Below, piece after piece: positions 24,872 through 35,085 of a stretch of 45,878 nucleotides of DNA (position 1 is the stretch's first letter; every line of letters starts with the position of its first letter). Position numbers and translations under genes: made by a program. Below the pieces are notes generated by a model. The model had not been told where the DNA came from, made no database searches, and saw nothing but the letters and a program-made list of their open reading frames with translations. This DNA is from a virus. Its lineage: Duplodnaviria > Caudoviricetes. The DNA lies in the IMG/VR virus record IMGVR_UViG_3300046103_002528, positions 1 to 45,878 of that record. One strand, written 5' to 3'.

Positions 24872-25057
24872 TCAGTTGACTGCGGTAGTTACCAAGCCCC
24901 ATAGGGACTGAAGTGCTTGTCCACACCATACGACACCATCCCACGCGAATGGAACGAGAGCGAGAGTAATTAGCATAGAACGGCAGATGCCGACTTTGCC
25001 GAGTGCATTTGTTACGACATCAGTTCCGCAACTTTCTGTACCTGTACATTTAGCCAT
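24872..25057 (-). CDS. Small membrane protein with three N-terminal Cys residues
   Basis: AAGGAG RBS; 61 aa; immediately upstream of the porin gene. Confidence 0.75.
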   Translation of the reverse strand: MAKCTGTESCGTDVVTNALGKVGICRSMLITLALVPFAWDGVVWCGQALQSLWGLVTTAVN

Positions 25058-25232
25058 TTTATTTCTCCTTATAAAGAATTATTCCTCTGGCAAAAGAGGG
25101 TGATACGAATTGTATCGTAGAGTCAACCTAGACTCTGATTTAATATATGTCTTTTATGTAGACATATCATTTATTATGAATGTTAATTATACCTTAAAAA
25201 ACGCAGGTGTCAAATGTTTTTTATATTATTTG

Positions 25233-27155
25233 TCACCTGATTGGGCAAGAGCCACCCGCACATTCTAGTTCATTTAGTACATCCCCAGATTCAACACCAA
25301 CCATTGGCTTTAATTTAGAAGCCATTTTTTGATATTCCTCTTTGGTGATTTCCTCATAGGGTGCTTGGTCGAATCCGTGTTCATTATGTAGTAGGAAACT
25401 TACAGTCTTGAGAGAATTCTCGTAGTGTTCTTTCATCCATTCCTTGATTTCATCCAGTTCTTCCAGACGATAATAAACAGTAACAGACACAGAATTGTCC
25501 GACCATTTTGTTTGTAATTTCTTAACAAGTTCGAGTTGCTTCACTGCACTCATATCCTTGGCAAGAATAGCATTTCCGTTAATGTGACAAGGGAATTCAA
25601 TAACAACAGTACCTCTATCTTCTGTACCATCGAATTGTCTTGCATACTCCACTGTGTAGTTTGCACTTCTACAAATATCGACAAGTGCGTCATCACTGGA
25701 CATACGAACACGACGAATGAAGTATTCTGCATATGCAGGATGTACGCCTGGTGTACTACCAGAAAGAAGTGACAGAGTACCAGAAGGCTTAACAGTTGTT
25801 AACCGAATACTTTCTGGATAACCTTTCTTCGCTGACCATTTCTTGTCATATTCACGAAGTGAATTATAACATTCATCTAACCAATCAATCTTATTGAGTG
25901 ATTGGCAAATACCAGTTACACCGACACCGATTCGCATATTCCTATGAACAACTTCTTCGGTCTGCTTATGAATAAATGGCAAGGCACAAATGGCCTTCTG
26001 TGTCTTGTATAGAAGTTTTGCACATTCTTTTAGTTCTGCTTTTGAATCAATGTTGTTAAGATATAACTCTGATAAATTACAACATTCGTGTGACTCAAGA
26101 AGAATCTCTGCACAAGGATTTAAAATCTCACATCTATCCTTCATTTTGTCTTGTAGTCTACCGAACTTCTGTGCAAGTGGGAGATTGAAGAAACCATAAG
26201 GTTCTCCTCCTCCATCATACCCCTTCCATACTGCATCACTAATGTGGTCATATGAATCTGCATAGATTGTATTGTTGGACATTGCACGCCAGTTCGGAAC
26301 ATTACCTAAGTCCCAACGCTTTGCACGAAGGAACAGATAATCATCTGGGTCACCGACAGCAATCTCAGCAGAACGGCGAACATTTCCTGCAACCACAACA
26401 GAACCAATAATATTACAGATGTCAAGTACATCAAGTGAACGAAGTTTCTTTCCTTCACGTTCACGAATCACTTCGCCAATCTTTTCAATTCCTTCAATAA
26501 GAATAGCAGGACCAGATGCTTTACCACCAAATCCCTTGATACCTTCACCAGAAGAACGAACAAGAATAGTGGAATATGTAAACGATTCTCCAGTGTAGAA
26601 ATATGACTTCAAAGTTTTCTTAAGAAGTTTTACCCAACCCTCACGGGAATCTGGAACGATATAATCTGCATCATTGGTCTTTTGGTGCTGTACCATTACT
26701 CCCTCTTTAACACGAGGAAGGTCGTGAACATCTTCCTTGCGAATAGAGAAACCAACACCCCCACCAAGCATCAAATTTTCAAAGATGAAACAAAAGTCAT
26801 CGATGTCTCGAATACAAACACCCCAACAATTCAGGAGAGAATTTGCACCAAACCTATCAACGGTTGTAGTGCCCAATTGCCAAAGCATTCGACCCGCAAA
26901 ATTACACTTAAGGTTGAAGATGTAATCGTAGAGTTGTTGTGCTTCTTTAGTAGTGTAGTCGGCTCCAATTTTCTGAGCGCCGTTGATACACCTAGCAATA
27001 GTTTCCCACCATTCCTCATTTACACCATTCTCCTTCAAGCGAGAATAAGTTCGCTTGTATACAATCTCACCAAGACCATTATAGCCCCAGTTTGGTTTCT
27101 TGGTTTTGTATTGTGATAGGAATTCCTCTGGGAGAATGTCACTAATGTAATTCAT
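25233..27155 (-). CDS. nrdJ: Class II (adenosylcobalamin-dependent) ribonucleotide reductase, monomeric type
   Basis: YKRTYSR, LMLGGGVGF, VVAGNVRRSA, NPCAE..L...ECCNL, TTVKPSGT, C-terminal CAGGSCP. Confidence 0.93.
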   Translation of the reverse strand: MNYISDILPEEFLSQYKTKKPNWGYNGLGEIVYKRTYSRLKENGVNEEWWETIARCINGAQKIGADYTTKEAQQLYDYIFNLKCNFAGRMLWQLGTTTVDRFGANSLLNCWGVCIRDIDDFCFIFENLMLGGGVGFSIRKEDVHDLPRVKEGVMVQHQKTNDADYIVPDSREGWVKLLKKTLKSYFYTGESFTYSTILVRSSGEGIKGFGGKASGPAILIEGIEKIGEVIREREGKKLRSLDVLDICNIIGSVVVAGNVRRSAEIAVGDPDDYLFLRAKRWDLGNVPNWRAMSNNTIYADSYDHISDAVWKGYDGGGEPYGFFNLPLAQKFGRLQDKMKDRCEILNPCAEILLESHECCNLSELYLNNIDSKAELKECAKLLYKTQKAICALPFIHKQTEEVVHRNMRIGVGVTGICQSLNKIDWLDECYNSLREYDKKWSAKKGYPESIRLTTVKPSGTLSLLSGSTPGVHPAYAEYFIRRVRMSSDDALVDICRSANYTVEYARQFDGTEDRGTVVIEFPCHINGNAILAKDMSAVKQLELVKKLQTKWSDNSVSVTVYYRLEELDEIKEWMKEHYENSLKTVSFLLHNEHGFDQAPYEEITKEEYQKMASKLKPMVGVESGDVLNELECAGGSCPIR

Positions 27156-27190
27156 AATTTACTTTCCTTGTTTGCGATGATATATCTATA

Positions 27191-27952
27191 TCAACTCGTG
27201 AGTTCAGACCAAGAAATGGGGAACAATGGTCGAACAATATTTCCAACTGCGGTCGCATACTGTTGGATTTCCCACTGTGCGTGTTCATCAATTCGTTGCT
27301 TATAAAATCTTGCATAAGCGGCAAGAGAGCCTGTCCAGTACCACTCGGTGTACATTGCTTGTGGTAAACAGAATCGTGCTTGTTCTGGTGCAACATTGGA
27401 TGCAATCAATTCTTCATATACTTTTACTGCTTGGTACATCAATGATTTATATCCTTCATATAAAGGATGGGTAGCGAATCCTCCAGATGTCTCACCACCA
27501 CCATCGACACATTCTAACCAACCATCACTGCCTTGTTTGGCATTTCCTGATGGTCGATGTCGAAACTTTGGAAAATATAATTCGGGTGAGTCATCAACAT
27601 ATCTTCGACTGACTTCATTCTCTACGAACCCCTGCTTGTGCTTAAAGAATTGTGTCCGAATAGAAATCGGTGCTTTAATTCTAAGCGTGATTTGTGGATG
27701 TGCGAATGGTGTCCAGTGATTATGTTTTGCAAGATATCGAATTAGTTTAACATCACGTTCGGGTAGTTTACGAACATCCGATGGACGAAAACTAGAATTG
27801 CTTTTATTGAGTCTAGACTCCACTTCCTTGTCAACTTCCCATTCAGTTTCGTTGTTGAATGAAACACGAGCGGAGTTACATACAGTGAGGTCGCTACCCA
27901 TACTGTCAACTAATTCAACGTGACCTTTATCTAAAACAGTTTCTTTATACAT
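27191..27952 (-). CDS. thyX: FAD-dependent thymidylate synthase
   Basis: MGSDLTV.NSARVSF, H.HWTPF, NEVSRRY, PEQARF.LP, HAQWEI. Confidence 0.95.
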   Translation of the reverse strand: MYKETVLDKGHVELVDSMGSDLTVCNSARVSFNNETEWEVDKEVESRLNKSNSSFRPSDVRKLPERDVKLIRYLAKHNHWTPFAHPQITLRIKAPISIRTQFFKHKQGFVENEVSRRYVDDSPELYFPKFRHRPSGNAKQGSDGWLECVDGGGETSGGFATHPLYEGYKSLMYQAVKVYEELIASNVAPEQARFCLPQAMYTEWYWTGSLAAYARFYKQRIDEHAQWEIQQYATAVGNIVRPLFPISWSELTS

Positions 27953-27953
27953 T

Positions 27954-29009
27954 CTACACTTTTCTCCACTCGTTAAATTTCAAAGTTGCTTGTAATCCAC
28001 TAAATGTATTATCATCAATAATCTTCTGAATCTTGCGGGTGGAAAGTCGATATGCCATATCGTTAATATCTTTTTCGAAAATTTCTTTTGGCCAGATACA
28101 CACTTCCTTACCCATCTCAATTAACTTTTCATTATACGCACAAATCTGTCGATTGCGAGGTTCATTATCAAGAATATATGTTATTTCTGTGTTTTCGAAT
28201 CGAAGAGGAACTTCTTTCAATGCACCCGCTCCCACCATTGCAACTGCATTGCGTAGGAATAGCGAATCAATAGGACCTTCAACTACATATACTCTCTTTT
28301 TTGCGTCTGCTCTCCACAACCCATACCACAATCGGTCAATACTTTTGTCTGCTTTAATTGTAATGTACTTTGCAGTTTCTCTTGCGTTTTGTTCATCTTT
28401 GAAATTAATCGCTCTACCTTGAGCGGCAACAACATAACCGTGACTGTTGAAGAATGGAATTACTATTCTTTCTTCTTTTCCACAGAAAACATCTGGGTCA
28501 AGATTGTGTTTAGCAAATCTACCAAAGTCTTCTGTAAAATAAAGAAGTGGGAAATGCTGTTTTGGAATCTGACGCATATCGGCAAATCGAACTGCGGGGT
28601 GTTCTTTTGGTAAATCGGATAGACACTGTAGGTCTTCCAATACCTTATCTTTCTTTTTGAACTTTGGCTTTGAATCTTTGAATCTGAACAACTCTTCTTC
28701 CTTCGGCTTCTTATAGTTTGACTTCTTTGTTTCGCCGCCTCGGAATCTTTCCAGAGAATATTCCTTACACAAGGACGGTGCTACCTGATTTAAAAAATTA
28801 TATAGGTTGTGACCAGCACCACAGTTGTGACATTTATAGAAAAAATCATTACCTTTTTGATAAAAGAATCCTCTTGCTTTGCTTTTGTTTTTGGTTGAGT
28901 CTCCACATATCGGACAAGAACAATTCGCCAGAGTTTCCTTTTTCCATTTGAAATTTCTCAGGGTTGGGGATACTCTGTTGATGAATTTTTTATCTACAAA
29001 TGTTGTCAT
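27954..29009 (-). CDS. gp61: T4-like DNA primase
   Basis: CPICGDS...CHNC zinc finger; VEGPIDSLFL; DNEPRN; KDINDM. Confidence 0.95.
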   Translation of the reverse strand: MTTFVDKKFINRVSPTLRNFKWKKETLANCSCPICGDSTKNKSKARGFFYQKGNDFFYKCHNCGAGHNLYNFLNQVAPSLCKEYSLERFRGGETKKSNYKKPKEEELFRFKDSKPKFKKKDKVLEDLQCLSDLPKEHPAVRFADMRQIPKQHFPLLYFTEDFGRFAKHNLDPDVFCGKEERIVIPFFNSHGYVVAAQGRAINFKDEQNARETAKYITIKADKSIDRLWYGLWRADAKKRVYVVEGPIDSLFLRNAVAMVGAGALKEVPLRFENTEITYILDNEPRNRQICAYNEKLIEMGKEVCIWPKEIFEKDINDMAYRLSTRKIQKIIDDNTFSGLQATLKFNEWRKV

Positions 29010-29134
29010 TCTTTATTTGTTTCTGCTTTTTTCCTGTCTTGCTCTTGTAAATCTGCAATCCATTCCTTCGACCAGGCTTCCCATTCCTTAAGTTCCTGTT
29101 CGCCCATAGAATTTTTCTTATCATCAGAATTCAT
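29006..29134 (-). CDS. Small charged peptide (42 aa)
   Basis: MNSDDKKNSMGEQELKEWEAWSKEW...; fills the gp41-gp61 gap with an ATGA overlap. Confidence 0.5.
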   Translation of the reverse strand: MNSDDKKNSMGEQELKEWEAWSKEWIADLQEQDRKKAETNKE

Positions 29135-29144
29135 AACTCAACTC

Positions 29145-30557
29145 CTAAATTTTCCAGTCAACGAAATCTTCGCTGTCTTTCTTTGTGAATTTTGTGTCGT
29201 AATTGTTCCCGTCGAAACCTACACCAAAACTATCTTTCTGTCCAGTATCTACCAACCCAACTTGGGCACTATCCTCTATGTCATAGAGTTTCATTTTAGC
29301 ACGATTGATTCCAATCACAAACTTTCTGTTGGCGATTGTATCATTGTATCTATTCTTCAGTTGTTTTAGAAGGATTTGACCCAACTGGTCTAGTTCCTCC
29401 GTTCCAATCAACGCAATCATAAAGTCCGCCGTTGCTGGCAAACCAAACGATTCTGATGTGTCCTCCAGTCCAAAGTCACTTGAAGTATATCCAGTTCTGT
29501 TTACCTGTGTGGCAGACCATACTGGAACATTTCTTTCGACTGCCAACCCTCTAAGTTCTTCGGCAATCGCTTTGATATAGGTGTATGAATTAACACTACC
29601 TGACATCTTCATACGGGAGGAAGCACAGATGTTTAGGTAGTCAATGAAAATAATATCTGGTTTGAACTTCTTTTTCATTGTGAGTTCATCGAGCAAATGT
29701 CGAAAATGATTTGTGCTTGCAGTTGCTGTTGGATATTCTTTTACAATCAGTTTCCCGCCATTATTTTTTTGAATCTTACTAATCTTCTTCGCGTAGGCCA
29801 TTTCTGGAAGTTCTTTCAGTTCGTCCATAGTAATGTCCATAAGATTTGCATCGATTCGTTCTGCGATTCGTTCTTCTGCCATCTCACAAGTAATGTATAG
29901 AACATTCAACCCCTGAGACAAACAAGAGGCGGCGTGGTGACACATAAAGAGTGACTTACCAACACCAGTTCCTGCCATAATAATGTTCAATGTCTTAGAT
30001 GGAGTCCCACCATTTGTGATGGTGTTGAGTAGACTAATATCAAACGGAACCTTCTCTTCTACTTTGTGGTAGAATTTGAATCTTTCTTCTGCGTCTTCGA
30101 TATAGTCGTGTCCGACACTGGCGTCAAAGGAGACGGACAAGGCCTCGGAGAGAATGTCTGGTATTGCATTCTCCGTCTTGACGCTCGTTGACTTGCCATC
30201 GATAATGTGGATGGATTCCATAATCGCATTATACACCGCCTTGTCTTTGCAGAATTTTTCAGTTTGTTCAATTAACCAATCTTCGTTTGAATCGACTTCG
30301 CAGTCAATCTCTTCTACCAAAGCAGTTGCATTTTTAAATTCATCATCAGACATAGATGCATTCGACAACGTAATGTTAATCGCATCTGCGGGCGGAAGTG
30401 AATTATACTTTGCAACAAAATCAAAGATAGAGGTAAATATAATTTTCTCTATCCTATCGTGGAAGTATTCCTCTTTGAGAAACGGAACAACCTTTCTTGT
30501 GAATGCTTCATTCTTTAGAAGGTTGGTTAGTATCGTCTTTTCTATAGTTTGATTCAT
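29145..30557 (-). CDS. gp41: T4-like replicative helicase
   Basis: AGTGVGKS Walker A, EMAEERIAERID, IDYL, SATQ.NR, DTSESFGLPATAD. Confidence 0.96.
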   Translation of the reverse strand: MNQTIEKTILTNLLKNEAFTRKVVPFLKEEYFHDRIEKIIFTSIFDFVAKYNSLPPADAINITLSNASMSDDEFKNATALVEEIDCEVDSNEDWLIEQTEKFCKDKAVYNAIMESIHIIDGKSTSVKTENAIPDILSEALSVSFDASVGHDYIEDAEERFKFYHKVEEKVPFDISLLNTITNGGTPSKTLNIIMAGTGVGKSLFMCHHAASCLSQGLNVLYITCEMAEERIAERIDANLMDITMDELKELPEMAYAKKISKIQKNNGGKLIVKEYPTATASTNHFRHLLDELTMKKKFKPDIIFIDYLNICASSRMKMSGSVNSYTYIKAIAEELRGLAVERNVPVWSATQVNRTGYTSSDFGLEDTSESFGLPATADFMIALIGTEELDQLGQILLKQLKNRYNDTIANRKFVIGINRAKMKLYDIEDSAQVGLVDTGQKDSFGVGFDGNNYDTKFTKKDSEDFVDWKI

Positions 30558-30822
30558 CTACCAAAACTCCCTGCTCGGCTGTATTAAACTCTCGTTCCAA
30601 AATATCAACTACGATATCTCCCAAAAGGTTGGTGAACTCTTCGGTGTGTGGGTCTTCCCCACTTAGTACATCATAGTCGAATTTAACGTGAGGTGTGTCG
30701 CCTTCTTCATAAAAACTAACTTGATTATAATGAAAGACAATACCTTCATATTCGCCAGTGCTAATTTTTATCGCCTGTCTCTTTTCGGAGGAGGGATGAT
30801 TTATATAAGTATATTCAAGCAT
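30508..30822 (-). CDS. Conserved protein between uvsX and 41 (gp40 position)
   Basis: Synteny; I..GEYEG.V..Y..V...F.Y...F...LGDI.V.I motif. Confidence 0.7.
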   Translation of the reverse strand: MLEYTYINHPSSEKRQAIKISTGEYEGIVFHYNQVSFYEEGDTPHVKFDYDVLSGEDPHTEEFTNLLGDIVVDILEREFNTAEQGVLVDESNYRKDDTNQPSKE

Positions 30823-31888
30823 TTTCTACTTCTACTATTTCTGGTTCTTTGACTTCTTCATCTATGGATATATTACCATACTTGAATTCTTTTGCAACTG
30901 CTACTTCTAGTCTTTCCATAATATCTTCGGTGAAATACTTTTCTGGGTTGCCGTAAATGGTCTTCTCGTAAACCTTCGTTCCATTTGGAAGTTCGATTCT
31001 TGTAGAAACCTTATTAAAGATTTCATACTTGAGAGCAATATCAACAAGACCATAGTACGGGTTGAGTCCGTGGTCATAATTCAACATCACATCCACCATA
31101 GAGTTTTCTTTGGTGAGCCTACTCTTAAACAATTTACAATGAATGATGTTTCCGATGACATCAGTTCCTTCTTTTACCTTCCTCTTTGAAAGGAAAATGA
31201 TAGTAGAAGCGGCATACTTTAGACCAGAACCACCACTCATTTCTTTCTGTGGGAACATCGAACCAATTACATCATAGGTGTGATTCGTAAGAATCAAAGG
31301 AATGCCTGCCGCACCCAACTTGAGAGTGAGAACACGGAAGGTTGCTTTGATAACTTGGGCACGAGTCATATCTCTCGTACCTTTACCTTCTGCGGTGTCT
31401 GCCATTTCCTTTGAAGTAGAAAGTTGTCCGAGAGAATCCAAGATAATAATGATTGGAGTCTTCTGGTCTTTTCCGAGTTCAATATAAGAATCCACAATCT
31501 TAATTGCTTGATGTCTAAATTCCTCTACGGTTGAAACTGGAAAAATACCAACACGGTTTGGGTCAATACCACGTTCCGCAATCATTTCAGATGTAACCGC
31601 AGATTCGGTATCAAAGTACAGAACATTTCCTGTGGGGTTATCACGAAGAAACTTATCACACAGTCCTAGAGTGAAGTAGGTCTTACCTGTTGCAGATTCA
31701 CCTGCTAGAGCGGTAATTTTGTTATTAGGTATACCACCATACATAGAACCAGAACATAGGGCATTAAAAGAAAAACTGCCTGTATTAACCCAACCGCTAA
31801 CATCAGAACCATCAATACCGTCTGACGCAATCGCCGCATACTTGTTTCCCGTTTCTTTAATTATACTTTTTAGAAAGTTGTTTTCCAT
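30815..31888 (-). CDS. uvsX: RecA-like recombinase
   Basis: [33 protein letters not shown]. Confidence 0.95.
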   Translation of the reverse strand: MENNFLKSIIKETGNKYAAIASDGIDGSDVSGWVNTGSFSFNALCSGSMYGGIPNNKITALAGESATGKTYFTLGLCDKFLRDNPTGNVLYFDTESAVTSEMIAERGIDPNRVGIFPVSTVEEFRHQAIKIVDSYIELGKDQKTPIIIILDSLGQLSTSKEMADTAEGKGTRDMTRAQVIKATFRVLTLKLGAAGIPLILTNHTYDVIGSMFPQKEMSGGSGLKYAASTIIFLSKRKVKEGTDVIGNIIHCKLFKSRLTKENSMVDVMLNYDHGLNPYYGLVDIALKYEIFNKVSTRIELPNGTKVYEKTIYGNPEKYFTEDIMERLEVAVAKEFKYGNISIDEEVKEPEIVEVENA

Positions 31889-31897
31889 AATGATTCC

Positions 31898-32206
31898 TTA
31901 GTGTGCGAGTCCCAGTGGACCGCTTGGAGTTACAATCTTATTGCTTGGTGTTACCAGTGGATTGAACTGTTGTTCAAACTGCTTTATTACTTCCGCTCTT
32001 ACATCAACTACAAACATAACTTGAGAAGAGGGAATAGCAAGACCCTTTTCGTAATCTGCAAATGGCATATAAGGAACCATAGCAACACTATTATTGTGTG
32101 GGACTAGAAGAGTAGGATTCTTTACAGTCACATTTTCGTCGTCTTGTGATACAAGGTCACAAAGAATTTCTTCACTGTTAATAAGTTTTACAATCTTTAC
32201 ATTCAT
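31898..32206 (-). CDS. Sm-like small conserved T4-like protein
   Basis: VKIVKLINSEEIL....P...PYMPF pattern. Confidence 0.75.
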   Translation of the reverse strand: MNVKIVKLINSEEILCDLVSQDDENVTVKNPTLLVPHNNSVAMVPYMPFADYEKGLAIPSSQVMFVVDVRAEVIKQFEQQFNPLVTPSNKIVTPSGPLGLAH

Positions 32207-32374
32207 TTTTTCACCTTAGCCTTTTTGAGATACCTGTGTTCGGGGGGATTCGTTTTTCGGGGTTTCGTTACTTTTTCCTTTTGGGAAGGAGGACAGATGA
32301 ACGAAAGTGTCATCCTGTCAATTATATCATAAATCGTGGGTATTTCCCAGTCAAAAATTCCATTATTCTTTTTA

Positions 32375-32551
32375 TCACTCATTTAATTCTCCTAGTGCAT
32401 ACTCTACTTCAGACAAACCTTCTAGGATGTCTGTACTAACTTCAATCGGACATTCTGGGTCTGATTGGCAATCTTTTAGAACTTCACGCATTTCCATAAG
32501 TTGCATATTCAATATATTTATTATAATTTTCTTAGCCCTGTGTTCAATCAT
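32375..32551 (-). CDS. Hypothetical protein
   Basis: ATGA overlap with the gp43 stop (MIEHRAKK...). Confidence 0.55.
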   Translation of the reverse strand: MIEHRAKKIIINILNMQLMEMREVLKDCQSDPECPIEVSTDILEGLSEVEYALGELNE

Positions 32552-35085
32552 ACAAAAAATCCTTCTAAAGAAGATACCTCTTCCCATTGCCATCCTACGA
32601 TTTCGAGGATATTCTTCAATGGATGTAAAAAGGCCTTTTCAAACTGTGTGTCGTAATCAATAAAATCGTCTAGCCCAAATTCCTTTGGAAGTTCGTTGGG
32701 AAATGCAACCACTTGGTCTTGTCCCATCACTCCACCAAGTGGATTTGGTTTCTTAAGATGAAGAAATTTAATCTTATCTCCATCAACAATCTCTCTGTAC
32801 TTGTCGGTTAAATTCAGTTCTCTCAGGTAATGGTTATAAAGAAGACTTCCCTTTACAGCAATCGGAGTAGACTTCTGATAAATTGTGGTTCTGTCTAAGT
32901 ACTTCGTCATTCCATTTACTCCACGGGGGAATGCAATTTCTTCTGGAGTGAAGCCGTTAAACTGTGTTCGGAAATTATCAATGAACTGAATAATCGTCTG
33001 TTCGTCCGAAGTTAGAATGAGATTAATCGCCTCGGTGAGTGCATCACGAACAACCTGCGGAGTAGAAGAGCGAGTAGTCTCAATACCCATAATCTTGGTC
33101 TTTGGAATCGTATAGCGAATACCTTCTGAGTCGTGAACCCGCATCATATATCTTTTCTTTGCAGTCCAAACTGCCTTGTCTGCGATACACTCCCTGTCCA
33201 TCACCATCTTGTTATCATATGCGTTCATTATACACGCAAGTTCGTCATACTTCTTCTTGATGAATGGTAGGATTATTTCTTCGGAGGCTTTGTCGAGGAA
33301 GTCAACCACCTCCGACTTGGACTTACCCCCACAAACTTTATCCACAAGATTCCCACAACGCAGATAGACACTATCTGTATCAGATGCCACAACATAATCA
33401 TAATCCTTCGTACCGATTGTTTTGTTCATAAAATCATTGAGATGATTTGCAATCCAACGAATACTCAACTGACCCGACAGGGTAATTGCTTCTGCCATAT
33501 CAACATCGAAGTAACGAAACCATTGATTGCCAATTGCACCATAAGCAGAGTTTAACTGAATCTTACGAACCAACTGGAAGTTGTTATACTTCGAAATGTC
33601 TTTGGTTAGTTTAACGTCCAGTGCGTGTTTGCCTAATGTAGGCATATTCATCCTTGGAATATCTTGCTTCTGTTTCTGACACTCAATCATCTTCTTCTTA
33701 TACATCTTGCGTTCTTTGTATAACTTCTCCATCAGAGAAGGAAGGAATCCTTGATGGTCTTTTCGATATGAAGTTCCATTCGCCGCAACTGAATATGCAT
33801 CGTGTGCAACTCGCTTTCCTCCGAGAATAGAATTCGGGGTAATCGAATAATCTTTCTCTCCGTCAATCTTTGTCTCTGGACTGATGTTGTATTGCATAAT
33901 CAAGTGTGGATACAGACTGTTTAGGTCGAACGACACAACCCAATCGTGCATTCCTGTGATGGGGTCTTTGACATATGCACCTGCGTATTGTTCATCTTTA
34001 GACGAATGCTTCTTTGGTGGGATTACAATATTGTGTTCGTTGAGGTAGTGATATATGATTGAATCCCACACACGAACCTGTCCAAACACATCATTGAAGT
34101 TTACCTTGGCGGCATATGCAAGCGATATGGCAAGTTCCATCAACTTCATCTTGTCTTCGAGTTTCATTACCAATCGAGTGTCTAGAACATTGTATTCCAT
34201 AAACTTCTGGAAGTCGTTCTTATAAAACTCCGACATCGATTCGTATTCAGAATAGTCTAACTTCTTCTCGCCTAGTTCAACCTCTGCGATGTGATTCAAT
34301 GAATACGAAGCCTGATTGACATATGTAAATGTCTTGTATAGTTCATAGTAATCTAGAGTCGCAAGACCACCAAGTTCGTAGCAAGTGTTTTCTCGATTCC
34401 ACTTCTCGACCTTACGCTCCTTTAGTGATTTCCAAGGAGACATACGTTTCGCTTCAGATTCATCGAAGAGATTGGTAATACGATTTACAAGATAAGGAAT
34501 GTCAAAGAATCTAACATTCCAACCAGTAACAATATCGGGGGACTCTCGTTCCCACACTTCTAGAAACTCACGAAGTAAGTCCTTTTCATTGTCGTACTTA
34601 TATTGGTAGTCTGCTTCTTGGGCACTGAGATTAAACTCGCCAAGACCGAACACATACATCGTGCCATTAAAGTCTACCGATATTGCATTCACTCGTTCTT
34701 GTGCAGTGTCAATCTGCGGAAAACCATATTCCGATTCAGTTTCGATATCGATATTCGCAACCACAATCTTGGAAATGTCGTAGTCTACTTCTGAAGGATA
34801 ATTATCGGCGATATACTGACACACATAATCAGTGTTTCCGTAAACATCGAAACCTTTAACATCCTTGTACTGGTTGATGAAGTCGCGGGTTTCTGGTATA
34901 GTGCCAGGTTGAAATGGTTCTACATAGAAACCCTCAAGTGTTTTCCACTCAGTTTCAGTCTGAGAAGGAACAAAGAGGGTTGGGGAGAATTGTTCTTTTC
35001 GAGTAACACGGTTGCCGTCTTCATCGATACCACGATATAGAATATACTTTCCCCGCATCGATATGTTTGTGTAGAATTCACTCAT
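32548..35085 (-). CDS. gp43: Family B DNA polymerase
   Basis: DIET exonuclease I motif, SFDLNSLYP, KIQLNSAYG, SDTDS, KKRY. Confidence 0.97.
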   Translation of the reverse strand: MSEFYTNISMRGKYILYRGIDEDGNRVTRKEQFSPTLFVPSQTETEWKTLEGFYVEPFQPGTIPETRDFINQYKDVKGFDVYGNTDYVCQYIADNYPSEVDYDISKIVVANIDIETESEYGFPQIDTAQERVNAISVDFNGTMYVFGLGEFNLSAQEADYQYKYDNEKDLLREFLEVWERESPDIVTGWNVRFFDIPYLVNRITNLFDESEAKRMSPWKSLKERKVEKWNRENTCYELGGLATLDYYELYKTFTYVNQASYSLNHIAEVELGEKKLDYSEYESMSEFYKNDFQKFMEYNVLDTRLVMKLEDKMKLMELAISLAYAAKVNFNDVFGQVRVWDSIIYHYLNEHNIVIPPKKHSSKDEQYAGAYVKDPITGMHDWVVSFDLNSLYPHLIMQYNISPETKIDGEKDYSITPNSILGGKRVAHDAYSVAANGTSYRKDHQGFLPSLMEKLYKERKMYKKKMIECQKQKQDIPRMNMPTLGKHALDVKLTKDISKYNNFQLVRKIQLNSAYGAIGNQWFRYFDVDMAEAITLSGQLSIRWIANHLNDFMNKTIGTKDYDYVVASDTDSVYLRCGNLVDKVCGGKSKSEVVDFLDKASEEIILPFIKKKYDELACIMNAYDNKMVMDRECIADKAVWTAKKRYMMRVHDSEGIRYTIPKTKIMGIETTRSSTPQVVRDALTEAINLILTSDEQTIIQFIDNFRTQFNGFTPEEIAFPRGVNGMTKYLDRTTIYQKSTPIAVKGSLLYNHYLRELNLTDKYREIVDGDKIKFLHLKKPNPLGGVMGQDQVVAFPNELPKEFGLDDFIDYDTQFEKAFLHPLKNILEIVGWQWEEVSSLEGFFV

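Noticed and set aside
32212-32382. 56-aa minus-strand ORF (MSDKKNNGIFDWEIP...) between gp43-proximal genes
   Set aside because: Probably real from packing, but no recognisable features; left uncalled
25233-35085. Inteins or introns in nrdJ, thyX, gp61, gp41, uvsX or gp43
   Set aside because: All are of ordinary length and uninterrupted, with no intein C/HN splice motifs
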